From positions 576,001-640,000 of the forward strand of contig CAWANJ010000009.1 in assembly GCA_963783385.1 (NCBI GenBank): DNA of 64,000 nt, read 5' to 3'. A program made the position numbers and the translations under genes. Of the stretch, positions 12,510 through 22,250 are shown piece after piece. Numbering within the stretch: position 1 is the first letter of the stretch; the number at the start of each line of letters is the position of its first letter. A model generated the notes under the pieces. It had not been told where the DNA came from. It made no database searches and worked only from the letters and a program-made list of their open reading frames with translations. This stretch comes from an uncultured Gemmatimonadales bacterium (GTDB lineage: Bacteria > Gemmatimonadota > Gemmatimonadetes > Palauibacterales > Palauibacteraceae).

Positions 12510-13247
12510 TCACATGACCATGCCGCCGTCCACGACCAGGACCTGCCCCGTGATATAGGAAGCCGCCGGACCGACCAGGAACCTCACGGCCCCGGCCACA
12601 TCGGACGGCTGCCCGAAGCGCCCCAGCGGAATGCGCTCGAACAGCGTGTTCCGCGCATCCTCGCTCAGGGACGCCGTCATCTCCGTCTCCACGAAGCCGG
12701 GCGCCACGGCGTTCACCAGAACGTCGCGGCTGGCCAGCTCCTGGGCCACGGACTTGGTGAGCCCTACGAGGCCCGCTTTGGACGCCGCATAGTTGGCCTG
12801 CCCGCGGTTCCCCGTCAAGCCCACGACACTGGCGATGTTCACGATGCGCCCGCTTCGCCGCTTCATCATGCCCCGGGCCACGGCACGCATCATGTAGAAC
12901 GCACCGCGCAAGTTCGTGTCCAACACCGCGTCCCAGTCCTCGTCCTTGAGGCGGACGAGGATGTTGTCCCGGGTGATGCCGGCGTTGTTGACCAGGATGT
13001 CCACCGGACCGAGGTCTTCATCCACCCGCTCGACCAGCGCCGTGCACGCTTCCCCGTCGGTGACGTCGCAACCGTAGCCGCGGCCTCCGGCTCCGCCGAG
13101 TGCCTCGGCCGCCTGCCCGGCCCGGTCCTCGGCTCGCGCGGTGACGGCCACCCGGGCCCCCGCCGCCGCCAGCTCCTCGGCCACGGCGAAGCCGATGCCC
13201 CGGGATCCACCCGAGACGACCGCGACCTTGCCCTCCAGCTCACCCAT
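12510..13247 (-). CDS. fabG: 3-oxoacyl-ACP reductase
   Basis: [22 protein letters not shown]. Confidence 0.96.
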   Translation of the reverse strand: MGELEGKVAVVSGGSRGIGFAVAEELAAAGARVAVTARAEDRAGQAAEALGGAGGRGYGCDVTDGEACTALVERVDEDLGPVDILVNNAGITRDNILVRLKDEDWDAVLDTNLRGAFYMMRAVARGMMKRRSGRIVNIASVVGLTGNRGQANYAASKAGLVGLTKSVAQELASRDVLVNAVAPGFVETEMTASLSEDARNTLFERIPLGRFGQPSDVAGAVRFLVGPAASYITGQVLVVDGGMVM

Positions 13248-14166
13248 GCTCCGCCTCCCTCCAGGCTCGTACGCTCTCGGCATCACCCACCGTCGCGGTC
13301 TCCAGGGAGCGGTCAATGCGGCGCAGGAGGCCGGTGAGGACCGTCCCCGGGCCGATCTCCAGCCAGCGGCGGGCGCCGGCTTCGAGCATCGCCCGCACGC
13401 TCTCCACCCAGCGCACCGGCGAGGTCAGCTGTTCGAGCAGCAGCTCCCGCGCCTCCTCTCCGCCGCGCACCGGACGTGCCGCCGCGTTGGCCACCACCGG
13501 GAACCCGGGGTCGCGGAACGTCGCCGCCGCGAGCGCCTCCGCCAGCCCATCGCGGGCCACCTCCATGAGGGGAGAGTGGAAGGCGCCGCTCACTTCGAGC
13601 GGAAGGACGCGCCTGGCCCCCGCATCCCGGGCTCGCTCCGACGCGGCCTCCACACCGGCCTCGTCCCCGCTGATCACCACCTGGCCGGGCGCATTGAAGT
13701 TGGCGGCCACGACCACGCCGTCTTCGACCGCCGCGCACGCCGCCCGGACCGCCTCATCGTCCAGGCCGATCACTGCGGCCATCGTGCCGTTCCGGGCGCG
13801 GGCCATCAGCTCGCCGCGCCTCCGCACGATCCGGAGCGCATCGGGGAAGGTGAGGGCCCCCGCACACAGGTAGGCCGTGAACTCGCCCAGGGAATGGCCT
13901 GCGGCCACCACGACCGAGGCTCTCACGGGCGCCGGCAGCAGTCGCCAGACCGCGTAGCTGTGCGTCAGGATGGCCGGCTGAGCGTTCTCGGTCCGGGTGA
14001 GCTCCTCGGCCGGCCCCTCCCGGCTCAGGCGGCCCAGCGGCACGCCCAGCACCTCCTCGGCCTCGGCATACAGCTCCGCCGCCTCCGGATACGCGTCCAC
14101 GAGGTCGGCCCCCATGCCCACGAACTGGGATCCCTGCCCCGGCAGCAGGAGCGCCGTGTCCGTCAT
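13240..14166 (-). CDS. fabD: Malonyl-CoA:ACP transacylase
   Basis: [25 protein letters not shown]. Confidence 0.96.
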   Translation of the reverse strand: MTDTALLLPGQGSQFVGMGADLVDAYPEAAELYAEAEEVLGVPLGRLSREGPAEELTRTENAQPAILTHSYAVWRLLPAPVRASVVVAAGHSLGEFTAYLCAGALTFPDALRIVRRRGELMARARNGTMAAVIGLDDEAVRAACAAVEDGVVVAANFNAPGQVVISGDEAGVEAASERARDAGARRVLPLEVSGAFHSPLMEVARDGLAEALAAATFRDPGFPVVANAAARPVRGGEEARELLLEQLTSPVRWVESVRAMLEAGARRWLEIGPGTVLTGLLRRIDRSLETATVGDAESVRAWREAEHG

Positions 14167-15170
14167 CACATCTCCCCTCGTCGGGTCCGGTTGGAGAGCT
14201 CCTCCAGGTCCCGGCCCAGGTCCGAGACCATGTCGGCGCGGACCGAGTCGACCGCCACGGAGAGGGCATTCCGAACGGCCCGCGGCGGCGAGGAGCCATG
14301 GCACAGCACCACGACCCCATCCACGCCGAGGAGCGGGGCCCCTCCGTACTCCGTGTAGTCCAGCATGCGCTCCACCGGTCCCGGCTCGCGCGATCCCTCG
14401 CCGGCCTGCGCTTGCTCCCGCCGTAGCAGCCCGACAATGAACCCCGCCATGGACTCGTAGAACTTCAGCAGCACGTTGCCCACGAATCCGTCGCACACGA
14501 GGACGTCGCAGCGTCCCTCGATGATGCGGTGGCCCTCCACGTTGCCGACGAAGTGCAGCTCGGGGTCCTCGCGCAGGAGCTCGTGGGTCGCCACCGCCAG
14601 GTCGTCCCCCTTCTCCTTCTCCTCTCCCACGTTGAGGAGACCGACACGCGGCACCTCGACGCCCCACAGATCCCGCACGTAGATGTTACCCAGGTGGGCG
14701 AACTGGTGGAGGTGGGCGGGTCGGCAGCCGACGTTGGCCCCCGCATCGAGGACGAGGACGGGGCGGTCGGCGGTCGGGAACAGCGCGCCGACCGTAGGCC
14801 GGTCGACGCCCGGGAGTCTGCCGAGCACGAACAGCGAGGCGGCCAGGACGGCGCCGGTCGATCCGGCCGAGACGAATGCATCGGCCTCCCCTTCCCGCTG
14901 CAGCCGGAGGCCGACCACGATCGAGCTATCGGGCTTGCGCCGCACCGCCTGAACCGGGGGCTCGTTCATGGCGATGGTCTGGCGCGCCGGGACGATCCGC
15001 AGGCGCTCCGGGGGCTGCCCCGCGTCGCGTACGGCCGGCTCGAGGCTGTCGGGGTCCCCGACCAGCAGGATGGAGAGGGCCTCGGGTCCGTCCGTCAGGG
15101 CGCCCAGCGCCGCGCGCACGGGCACCTCCGGGGCGTCATCGCCCCCCATGGCGTCCAGCGCGATCCGCAC
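14166..15170 (-). CDS. plsX: Phosphate acyltransferase PlsX
   Basis: IALDAMGGDDAP, SAGSTGA, DAGANV, VCDGFVGN, YGGAPLLGV. Confidence 0.95.
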   Translation of the reverse strand: MRIALDAMGGDDAPEVPVRAALGALTDGPEALSILLVGDPDSLEPAVRDAGQPPERLRIVPARQTIAMNEPPVQAVRRKPDSSIVVGLRLQREGEADAFVSAGSTGAVLAASLFVLGRLPGVDRPTVGALFPTADRPVLVLDAGANVGCRPAHLHQFAHLGNIYVRDLWGVEVPRVGLLNVGEEKEKGDDLAVATHELLREDPELHFVGNVEGHRIIEGRCDVLVCDGFVGNVLLKFYESMAGFIVGLLRREQAQAGEGSREPGPVERMLDYTEYGGAPLLGVDGVVVLCHGSSPPRAVRNALSVAVDSVRADMVSDLGRDLEELSNRTRRGEM

Positions 15171-15216
15171 GGGCGCTCGCCGGCCTCGGGCGGACGTGGG
15201 CCGGGATGAGTCGGAG

Positions 15217-15399
15217 CTAGAACTCCTCGATCTCGACGACCTGCTCGCCGTCGTAGTGCCCGCAGGTCGGGCAGACGTGGTGCGGCCGGCGGAAGTCGCC
15301 GCAGCGCGGACAGGCCTGGTGGGCCGCCGGCTGGTCGGCGTGGTGTGTGCGCCGCTTCCGCTTGCGCTGCTTCGACGTTCTCTTCTTGGGAACGGCCAT
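15217..15399 (-). CDS. rpmF: 50S ribosomal protein L32 (zinc-binding form)
   Basis: MAVPKKRTSK..CPRCG..HHVCPTCGHY. Confidence 0.97.
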   Translation of the reverse strand: MAVPKKRTSKQRKRKRRTHHADQPAAHQACPRCGDFRRPHHVCPTCGHYDGEQVVEIEEF

Positions 15400-15451
15400 G
15401 ATCTCGATCCTCGCGATTCGTCCAGGTTGGTGGGGGTCGGACAACCTCCGG

Positions 15452-15985
15452 TCAGCCGGTGGCCGTCTCGCCCTGCTTGAGCTTCCTCAGCACGTCCCAG
15501 CGGGGGTCCGGCTCCGTGAGGACGCAGTCGCAACTCCCCTCGTTCCAATCGGCGCCACAGCGGGGACACAGCCCCGCACAGTCCTCCCGGCACACCGGGT
15601 ACGGTGGCAGCGCCAGCAGCAGCTGCTCGCGCAGCGCCGGCATCAGGTCCAGCGTGTCCGACCCGCCTTCCAGAGGGTAGACCTGCCCCTCGGAATCCTG
15701 CTCCCGCACACTCCGGTCGTACAGGAGGTCCAGGTCGAGCGCGATCGTGCGGCGCAGCGGCTTCAGGCACCGTCGGCAGGCGAGCTGCACCGGCGCCTCC
15801 AGCCGACCCGTCGCGTGCACGCCGCGCGAACCCGTGATGCGGGCCCGCAGCTCCGCCACCGGCGCCTCGACGAACGTCACGTCGACATCCGCCCACGGGC
15901 CCTCCTCCACCGGGAGACGGGCCGTCCAGGACCGCGGCTTTCGCTCCAGGTCCCGGAGGTCGAGCTGCAACGTCGGTGGGTTCAT
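15452..15985 (-). CDS. YceD/DUF177 family protein
   Basis: CRRCL, LDL...REQLLL, CREDCAGLCPRCG, DPRW; upstream of rpmF. Confidence 0.92.
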   Translation of the reverse strand: MNPPTLQLDLRDLERKPRSWTARLPVEEGPWADVDVTFVEAPVAELRARITGSRGVHATGRLEAPVQLACRRCLKPLRRTIALDLDLLYDRSVREQDSEGQVYPLEGGSDTLDLMPALREQLLLALPPYPVCREDCAGLCPRCGADWNEGSCDCVLTEPDPRWDVLRKLKQGETATG

Positions 15986-16009
15986 GGATACGCCCGGCCG
16001 GACGCGGCG

Positions 16010-16438
16010 TCAATCGATGTCCACCAGTTCCGCCCCGGGAAAAAAGAACCCCAGCTCGAGCCGGGCGTTCTCCTCGGAGTCCGAAGCATGGATGGCGTTG
16101 CGCTCCACGCTCTCCGCGTAGAGCGCCCGCACCGACCCCTCGGCCGCCTTCGAGGGGTCGGTAGCCCCGATCACCTCCCTGAGCCTGGGCACGGCGTCGT
16201 CGCCTTCCAGGGCCAGGGGCATGCAGGGCCCCGAAGTCATGAATGCTACAAGCGATTCGTAGAAAGGTTTCCCGCGGTGAACGGCGTAGAACGCCCGCGC
16301 CTGCGGGGCCGTGAGCCTGAGCACGCGAGTGGCCACGACCCGGAAGCCCTCGCCCTCCAGGTGCGCGAGGATGTCGCCGGCATGGCCGCTACCGAACGCG
16401 TCGGGCTTGATGATGGCGAGCGTCCTGTCGACCCCCAT
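16010..16438 (-). CDS. ndk: Nucleoside diphosphate kinase
   Basis: RTLAIIKPDA, FYAVHRGKPF, GATDP, NAIHASDS. Confidence 0.97.
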   Translation of the reverse strand: MGVDRTLAIIKPDAFGSGHAGDILAHLEGEGFRVVATRVLRLTAPQARAFYAVHRGKPFYESLVAFMTSGPCMPLALEGDDAVPRLREVIGATDPSKAAEGSVRALYAESVERNAIHASDSEENARLELGFFFPGAELVDID

Positions 16439-17316
16439 CACACCTCCCCCATCCAGCCGGCGACGATGTCTCCGATCTCCGAAGGTCGCCGCGCTACGGC
16501 GATGCCGAGGTCCTCGAACGTCTTCATCTTCTCGGCCGCCGTGCCCTCGGACCCGCTGATGATGGCCCCCGCGTGGCCCATGCGCCGGCCCGGCGGCGCC
16601 GTCTGGCCCGCGATGAAGCCGACCAGAGGCTTGCTGAGGTTCTCCTTCGCCCAGTGGGCGGCCACCTGCTCGTCCGTGCCGCCGATCTCGCCGATCAGCA
16701 CCACGGCCTCGGTGTCGTCGTCCTCCTCGAAGGCCCGCAGGCAGTCGACGAAGTCCGTTCCGATGATCGGGTCGCCACCGATCCCGATGCAGGTCGACTG
16801 GCCCACGCCCCGTGTGGTGAGCTGGTGGATCACCTCGTAGGTGAGCGTCCCCGAGCGGCTCACGATCCCCACTCCGCCCTCCCGCACGATCTGGCCCGGA
16901 AGGATCCCGATCTTGGCCTGGCCGGGGACGATGAGGCCCGGGCAGTTGGGCCCGATGAGCCGCACGTCGCGCTCCTCCAGGTAGGGCATGACCCGCATCA
17001 TGTCCCGCACCGGGAGGCCCTCCGTGATGCACACCACGAGCCCCACGTCGCTGTCGGCCGCCTCGAACACGGCGTCAGCGGCGAAGCGCGCCGGGACGAA
17101 GATGACGCTGGCCTCGGCCCCCGTCTCCTCGACCGCCTGCTCGACCGTATCGAACACCGGAACGGCGTCGTCGAATCGCTGACCGCCCTTCCCCGGTGTC
17201 ACACCGGCCACCACGTTCGTCCCGTACTCGATCATCTGTCGGGCATGGAACGAACCGTCCCGGCCCGTGATGCCCTGGACCACCACCCGCGTCTCGCCAT
17301 CTATGAACACGCTCAT
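16438..17316 (-). CDS. sucD: Succinyl-CoA synthetase alpha subunit
   Basis: [27 protein letters not shown]. Confidence 0.97.
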   Translation of the reverse strand: MSVFIDGETRVVVQGITGRDGSFHARQMIEYGTNVVAGVTPGKGGQRFDDAVPVFDTVEQAVEETGAEASVIFVPARFAADAVFEAADSDVGLVVCITEGLPVRDMMRVMPYLEERDVRLIGPNCPGLIVPGQAKIGILPGQIVREGGVGIVSRSGTLTYEVIHQLTTRGVGQSTCIGIGGDPIIGTDFVDCLRAFEEDDDTEAVVLIGEIGGTDEQVAAHWAKENLSKPLVGFIAGQTAPPGRRMGHAGAIISGSEGTAAEKMKTFEDLGIAVARRPSEIGDIVAGWMGEV

Positions 17317-18443
17317 GACACCGCCTCCACCGCGCGCTGGACGGCCTCGTCCATGTCGACCATGGCCTGGAACCCGTGCTCCTCGAGGATCGCGACCCCC
17401 TCCTCCTCGTTGGTTCCGGTGAGCCGGATCGTGATCGGGCGGTCGAGGTCCAGACGGTCGGTGGCCTCCACGATCCCGTTGGCCACGTCGTCGCACCGGG
17501 TGATCCCGCCGAAGATGTTGAACAGGATGGAGCGGACGTGGGGATCCTCTCCGATGATCGACAGGGCCGCGACCACCTTGTCGGGATTGGAGGAGCCCCC
17601 GATGTCGAGGAAGTTGGCGGGCTCCCCGCCGTAGTACTTGACCAGGTCCATGGTGGCCATGGCCAGGCCCGCCCCATTCACGCAACAGCCCACGTTGCCG
17701 TCGAGCCTGATGTAGCTGAGGCCCGCCTCGCGCGCCCGGCGCTCCGACGGCGCCTCGGCCTCCTCGTCACGCATGGCCGCGATGTCGGGTTGCCGGAAGA
17801 GCTCGTTGTCGTCGATGTTCATCTTGGCGTCGATCGCGACCACGTCCCCGTCCGGCGTCACCACCAGGGGGTTCACCTCGGCCAGCGTGGCCCCGGAGTC
17901 CTCGTACGCGTGCCACAGGCGATGGAGGACGTCGGAGGCCTGACGCACGACGACGATGTCGTCGTACAGGTGGAAGGCGAGCCGCGCCGCCTGGTGGTTG
18001 AGGAGGCCGTATCGCGGATCGATCGGCTGCCGGTGGATGGCCTCCGGGTTGTCTCGGGCCACCTCCTCGATGTCGATCCCACCCTCCGCGGAGACCATGA
18101 ACACCGGCCGCTGGCTGGCCCGGTCCATGACGATGCCCACGTAGGCCTCCGAGGCGATCTCGGCGGCGGGGGTGACCAGCACCTTGTGGACCGTGAGGCC
18201 CTTGATCTGCATGCCCAGGATGGCCCCGGCCGCCTCGGCGGCCTCCTCCGGTCCCGCGGCCAGCTTGACGCCGCCGGCCTTGCCCCGGCCGCCGGCGTGC
18301 ACCTGCGCTTTGACCACGACCCGGCCACCGTACTCCTCGGCCAGCGCCGCGGCGGCCTCGGGGCTCGTGGCGATCTCGCCCGGCGGCACGGGCATTCCGT
18401 GCGCCCGGAAGATCTCCTTCGCCTGATATTCGTGAATGTTCAT
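17313..18443 (-). CDS. sucC: Succinyl-CoA synthetase beta subunit
   Basis: [35 protein letters not shown]. Confidence 0.97.
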   Translation of the reverse strand: MNIHEYQAKEIFRAHGMPVPPGEIATSPEAAAALAEEYGGRVVVKAQVHAGGRGKAGGVKLAAGPEEAAEAAGAILGMQIKGLTVHKVLVTPAAEIASEAYVGIVMDRASQRPVFMVSAEGGIDIEEVARDNPEAIHRQPIDPRYGLLNHQAARLAFHLYDDIVVVRQASDVLHRLWHAYEDSGATLAEVNPLVVTPDGDVVAIDAKMNIDDNELFRQPDIAAMRDEEAEAPSERRAREAGLSYIRLDGNVGCCVNGAGLAMATMDLVKYYGGEPANFLDIGGSSNPDKVVAALSIIGEDPHVRSILFNIFGGITRCDDVANGIVEATDRLDLDRPITIRLTGTNEEEGVAILEEHGFQAMVDMDEAVQRAVEAVS

Positions 18444-18543
18444 CCTCGCTCCGTGTCGATGTCGTGGCTTCGCCGCGCGCCGGGTCCCACCGGACGCGGT
18501 GCCGGCCGTCCGGCGTACCGGACAACTGTCTCCCTACCTCACC

Positions 18544-19494
18544 TCACGCGACGGACTCCGGGACGATCTCGGTCCCGGACTCCCCGGCCAGCGCCCGCCT
18601 GGCGTGCCGGAGCTCGGCGATGACCGACCGCCGCCCCCCGCGCTCCACGAACTCGACCGCGGCCCGGACCTTCGGCGCCATGCTCCCCTGCCCCAGCTCG
18701 CCGCTCTCGAGGAGGCGGCGGGCGGCGGGGGGCGTCAGCCGGTCGATGGGGCGTGCATCGGGCGTGCCGTAGTCGCGGTACACGGCGTCCACGTCGGTGA
18801 GCACCAGCAGGATGCTCGCCCCGATCTGCGTGGCGAGGAGCGCCGCGGCGAGGTCCTTGTCGATGACCACGTCCAGGCCCTCGAGGCCGAGATGGGGGTC
18901 CCGGTACACGGGGATCCCGCCCCCACCCGCCGCGACGACGATGTTCCCTCTGCCGACCAGCTCCGACACGATCGGGGCCTCGACGATGCGCAGGGGCGCT
19001 GGGCTCGGAACGCGGCGGCGCAGACGACCCCGGTCGTCCCGGTCCACCGTGAAGCCGTCGGCCTCGAGCGCCGAGACCTCCCCTTCCATCACGGGCCGGC
19101 CCACGAACTTGCGCGGCTCGCGGGCGCCGGGCCGCTCCGGGTCCACCTCGACCTGGGTGACCAGGGTCACCACGCGGCGGTCGCATCCCGCGCGCTCAAG
19201 GGCGTTCTCCAGCGACTGCTGGATCATGTACCCGATCCAGCCCGCCGTTGCCGCCACCAGCACGCCGAGCGGCAGGGGGCTCACGGCCGCCCGGGCCTTC
19301 TCGCCCCGGAGGAGCTCGTCGCCCACCTGGGGCCCGTTCCCGTGGACGATGGCCACGTTCCACCCCTCGAGGACGAAGTCCACGATCGGGGCGAGGCTCT
19401 CGCGGGTGTGGCGGAACTGGTTGGCCGCCGTGGCCGGCTCGCTGGAGGGCGACAGCGCGTTCCCGCCGATCGCCACCACGACGCTGCGCGTCAA
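18544..19494 (-). CDS. arcC: Carbamate kinase
   Basis: VVAIGGNAL, HGNGPQVG, RRRVPSP, GGGGIPV, VIDKD, GSMAPK; TTG start overlapping the UPF0182 stop. Confidence 0.9.
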   Translation of the reverse strand: MTRSVVVAIGGNALSPSSEPATAANQFRHTRESLAPIVDFVLEGWNVAIVHGNGPQVGDELLRGEKARAAVSPLPLGVLVAATAGWIGYMIQQSLENALERAGCDRRVVTLVTQVEVDPERPGAREPRKFVGRPVMEGEVSALEADGFTVDRDDRGRLRRRVPSPAPLRIVEAPIVSELVGRGNIVVAAGGGGIPVYRDPHLGLEGLDVVIDKDLAAALLATQIGASILLVLTDVDAVYRDYGTPDARPIDRLTPPAARRLLESGELGQGSMAPKVRAAVEFVERGGRRSVIAELRHARRALAGESGTEIVPESVA

Positions 19495-22250
19495 GAGCCG
19501 CCCCCGGAGGCGGTGTCCCGGGCTCCGGCCGTCGAGCGGATTCGCTCCCACAGCGTGCCGAACCGTACCAGGTCCCCGGCCCGCAGGGCCCGGTCGGCGG
19601 AATCCAGCAGCAACCGAAGGGAGCGCAGCGTCGGCGGGGGTGGCGCGGCCGCTGCCTCGCCCTGGCCCTGCGCTCCCGGCAACGGCCCCACGGGCTCGGC
19701 CGCCTGACCGGACAGGAGGCGCTCCAGCGCGCCGTCCAGCGTGGTGGCCATGGTCACCCCGGCCCCCGTGGCCGCGATGACCCGCTTGAGTCCCGGCGCC
19801 GCACCCTCGCGATCCTCGGCCTCGAGGAACAGCGGCTCCACGTAGAGGAGGAACCCGCGCACCGGGAGGAGGAGGAGATGCCCCCGGATCGCGCGCGAGC
19901 CCCGCTGACGCCACAGGGAGAGCTGCTGGGAGATGATCGGGTCCTGGTCGATCTGGACCTCGATCTGGCGCGGGCCGAACACCTGCTGCCGGCTCGAGAT
20001 GTCGAACAGCCACAGCTCCCCGTAGTGGGAACCGTCGTTCCGCGCCAGCAGGAAGGCGCTCAGGTTGTCCCGGCTGCGGGGCGTGAACGGCACCGTGAGC
20101 AGGAACTCGGGGTCGCGGCCGCTGGCCGCCGTGTCCATGGACGCCGAGTCCGACGCCGTCCCGGTCCCGCCGGCCCCGGTCGTGTCCGGGAAAGGCATGA
20201 GCAGGAAGTACGGCTCCACCGGCGCCGGGGTGTCCTCGTACACCTCCTGCCCGATGCTCCACAGGTCCTGCTTCCTGTAGAAGTCCACGGGATCGGTCAT
20301 GTGATACGCCTGGAGGACCCGCGCCTGCGCGCCGAACAGCGCCCTCGGATACCGGATGTGCGAGCGCACATCGGCCGGCATGGCGGACAGGGGTGCGAAC
20401 AGCCCGGGGAAGACGCCCCGGTAGGCCGCCAGGAACGGGTCGCGAGGGCGCATGACGTACAGCGATACCTCTCCCGTCACTCCATCGACCACCGCCTTGA
20501 CGGACGGACGGACATAGCGCACCTGCCGACCACGGAGTGACGACGGCGCGGAGAGCGGAAAGCGGCTCGCCGCCGAGTACACGTCCAGGATCCACACGAT
20601 GCGCCCGTCGTGGATGACCGGGTGGGGATCGGCGTCCACGAACAGGAAAGGCACGAGCGCTCGTACCCGCTGGACCACCTGCCGCCGCCACAGGAGCAGC
20701 GTGCCCTGGGGTCCCGGCGACCGCAGGAGGAGGTTCTTGGAATCGAGCGCGAGGGCGAGGAGAGCCCGCCGCACGAGGCCTCCCACCGGCACCCCGGCGG
20801 GCCGGCCGGCCGACGGGATCGAGTCCGGGGGTACGAGCACGTACGGGGTGGTGAGCTCGCCGAAGTAGGTGCGCGGCTCGCGCACGGCGAGCGAGGACGG
20901 AGCCCCGGGCGCCAGCGTGGGCGGCAGGTCCCGGACCAGGTAGTCCGGCTCGCCGCCCGTGGATGCCCGGTCCACCGCCGTGACCACGATGCCCTGACCG
21001 TGCGAGTACCGCAGGTGGAGGTTCTGCCACGTGCGCGCCGACGGGGCGAGCCGCGCTGGATCGAACTCGCGTACCCCCACCGCCACCTGCTGGCGGTCGT
21101 CCCCGCGGCCGTAACGGTCGGCGTCCACGTCCGGGAAGGTGTGGTAGGCCAGCAGCCCCTGGAGCTGGTCGAACGTGGCCTGCAGGGGTCGCTCGTCCCA
21201 CAGCGGTAGACTGGAGGCGAAGCGCTTCACGACGGAGGTGGGCGGAGCCTTCCCGGTGAGCGGGTATCCCACCCGGTGGACGCTGTCCAGGAGGAAGCCC
21301 CGCCGGGTGGCCGCGATGCGGTAGGCCAGATACGGCCGCTCCACCTCGAGCTCGTTGGGCTCCACCTTGAGGCGCTGCACCAGGTCCGGATACAGGACGA
21401 GCCCCGCCGCCCAGCCGACGGCCAGCAGCCCCCCGGCCCAGGTCAGGAGCTTCCAGCGGCCGGTGCGCTCGGCCACCACGAGTGCTCCAGCGGCCACGAG
21501 CGCGAGGACCGCCACCAGGCGCCGCGCCGGAATGTCACCGTGTACCTGTGCGTAGCTCACCGGCCCGGCCGCCACGGTCTCGAACACGGACAGTCCGAAG
21601 TGGACGGCCACCAGGACCAGGATCGCCGTCCCGACCCACGCGAGCCGGCGGCGGGCGAACGCGTCCACGTGCACGCCGCTCCCCGTGGGCCTGATGCGAC
21701 CGGTGAGCAGGAGGAGCGACGCGGATCCGATGGCCACCCAGGTCACGATCGAGACCAGGACGGACCACACGGATTCCAGCACCGGCAGGTAGAACACGTA
21801 GAAGCGCGGGTCGTGGCCGAGCACGGGGTCGGGGCCGCCCCAGGGGGGCGCGTGGCTCGCCACGAGGACCTGCTCGGCCAGCCCACGGCCGAACGGAAGC
21901 GCCACCAGCACGCCCGCCCCGATCGCCGCGCCCACCACGGCCAGCTGGACCCAATGCTCCGGCAGGGCCTCGGCGATCTCGAGGTCCCCCAGGCGGCGGC
22001 GAATCCGGATGGGGCCGCCGCTGTGGGCCGTGCCGCGCAGGGAGCTCCACAGGATCCCGGCCGTGAGCAGGAAGAGGACGACCCACGCCACCACCGTGGC
22101 GATTTCGAGGGTCCAGAATCGGTCGGCATAGCCCAAAGCGCCGAACCAGGCGGCATCGGCGTAGAAGCGCGCCGCCTCCCCGACGAGGAGGAAGACGGCG
22201 AGCACCGCGGCGGCCGAGACCGCCAGCCGGAGCGTCCTAGCCGGTCGCAT
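19491..22250 (-). CDS. UPF0182 (COG1615) family membrane protein
   Basis: N-terminal TM bundle; DPVLGHDPRFYVFYLP, KVEPNEL, YSHGQG, YFGE, YVRPSVKAVVD, FGPRQIEVQIDQDP..SQQLSLW. Confidence 0.9.
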   Translation of the reverse strand: MRPARTLRLAVSAAAVLAVFLLVGEAARFYADAAWFGALGYADRFWTLEIATVVAWVVLFLLTAGILWSSLRGTAHSGGPIRIRRRLGDLEIAEALPEHWVQLAVVGAAIGAGVLVALPFGRGLAEQVLVASHAPPWGGPDPVLGHDPRFYVFYLPVLESVWSVLVSIVTWVAIGSASLLLLTGRIRPTGSGVHVDAFARRRLAWVGTAILVLVAVHFGLSVFETVAAGPVSYAQVHGDIPARRLVAVLALVAAGALVVAERTGRWKLLTWAGGLLAVGWAAGLVLYPDLVQRLKVEPNELEVERPYLAYRIAATRRGFLLDSVHRVGYPLTGKAPPTSVVKRFASSLPLWDERPLQATFDQLQGLLAYHTFPDVDADRYGRGDDRQQVAVGVREFDPARLAPSARTWQNLHLRYSHGQGIVVTAVDRASTGGEPDYLVRDLPPTLAPGAPSSLAVREPRTYFGELTTPYVLVPPDSIPSAGRPAGVPVGGLVRRALLALALDSKNLLLRSPGPQGTLLLWRRQVVQRVRALVPFLFVDADPHPVIHDGRIVWILDVYSAASRFPLSAPSSLRGRQVRYVRPSVKAVVDGVTGEVSLYVMRPRDPFLAAYRGVFPGLFAPLSAMPADVRSHIRYPRALFGAQARVLQAYHMTDPVDFYRKQDLWSIGQEVYEDTPAPVEPYFLLMPFPDTTGAGGTGTASDSASMDTAASGRDPEFLLTVPFTPRSRDNLSAFLLARNDGSHYGELWLFDISSRQQVFGPRQIEVQIDQDPIISQQLSLWRQRGSRAIRGHLLLLPVRGFLLYVEPLFLEAEDREGAAPGLKRVIAATGAGVTMATTLDGALERLLSGQAAEPVGPLPGAQGQGEAAAAPPPPTLRSLRLLLDSADRALRAGDLVRFGTLWERIRSTAGARDTASGGGS

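Noticed and set aside
12760-12830. Possible internal acpP promoter in fabG (TTGACG followed by AACTAT/TATGCG)
   Set aside because: No -10 hexamer of good quality at 16-18 nt spacing; not supportable.
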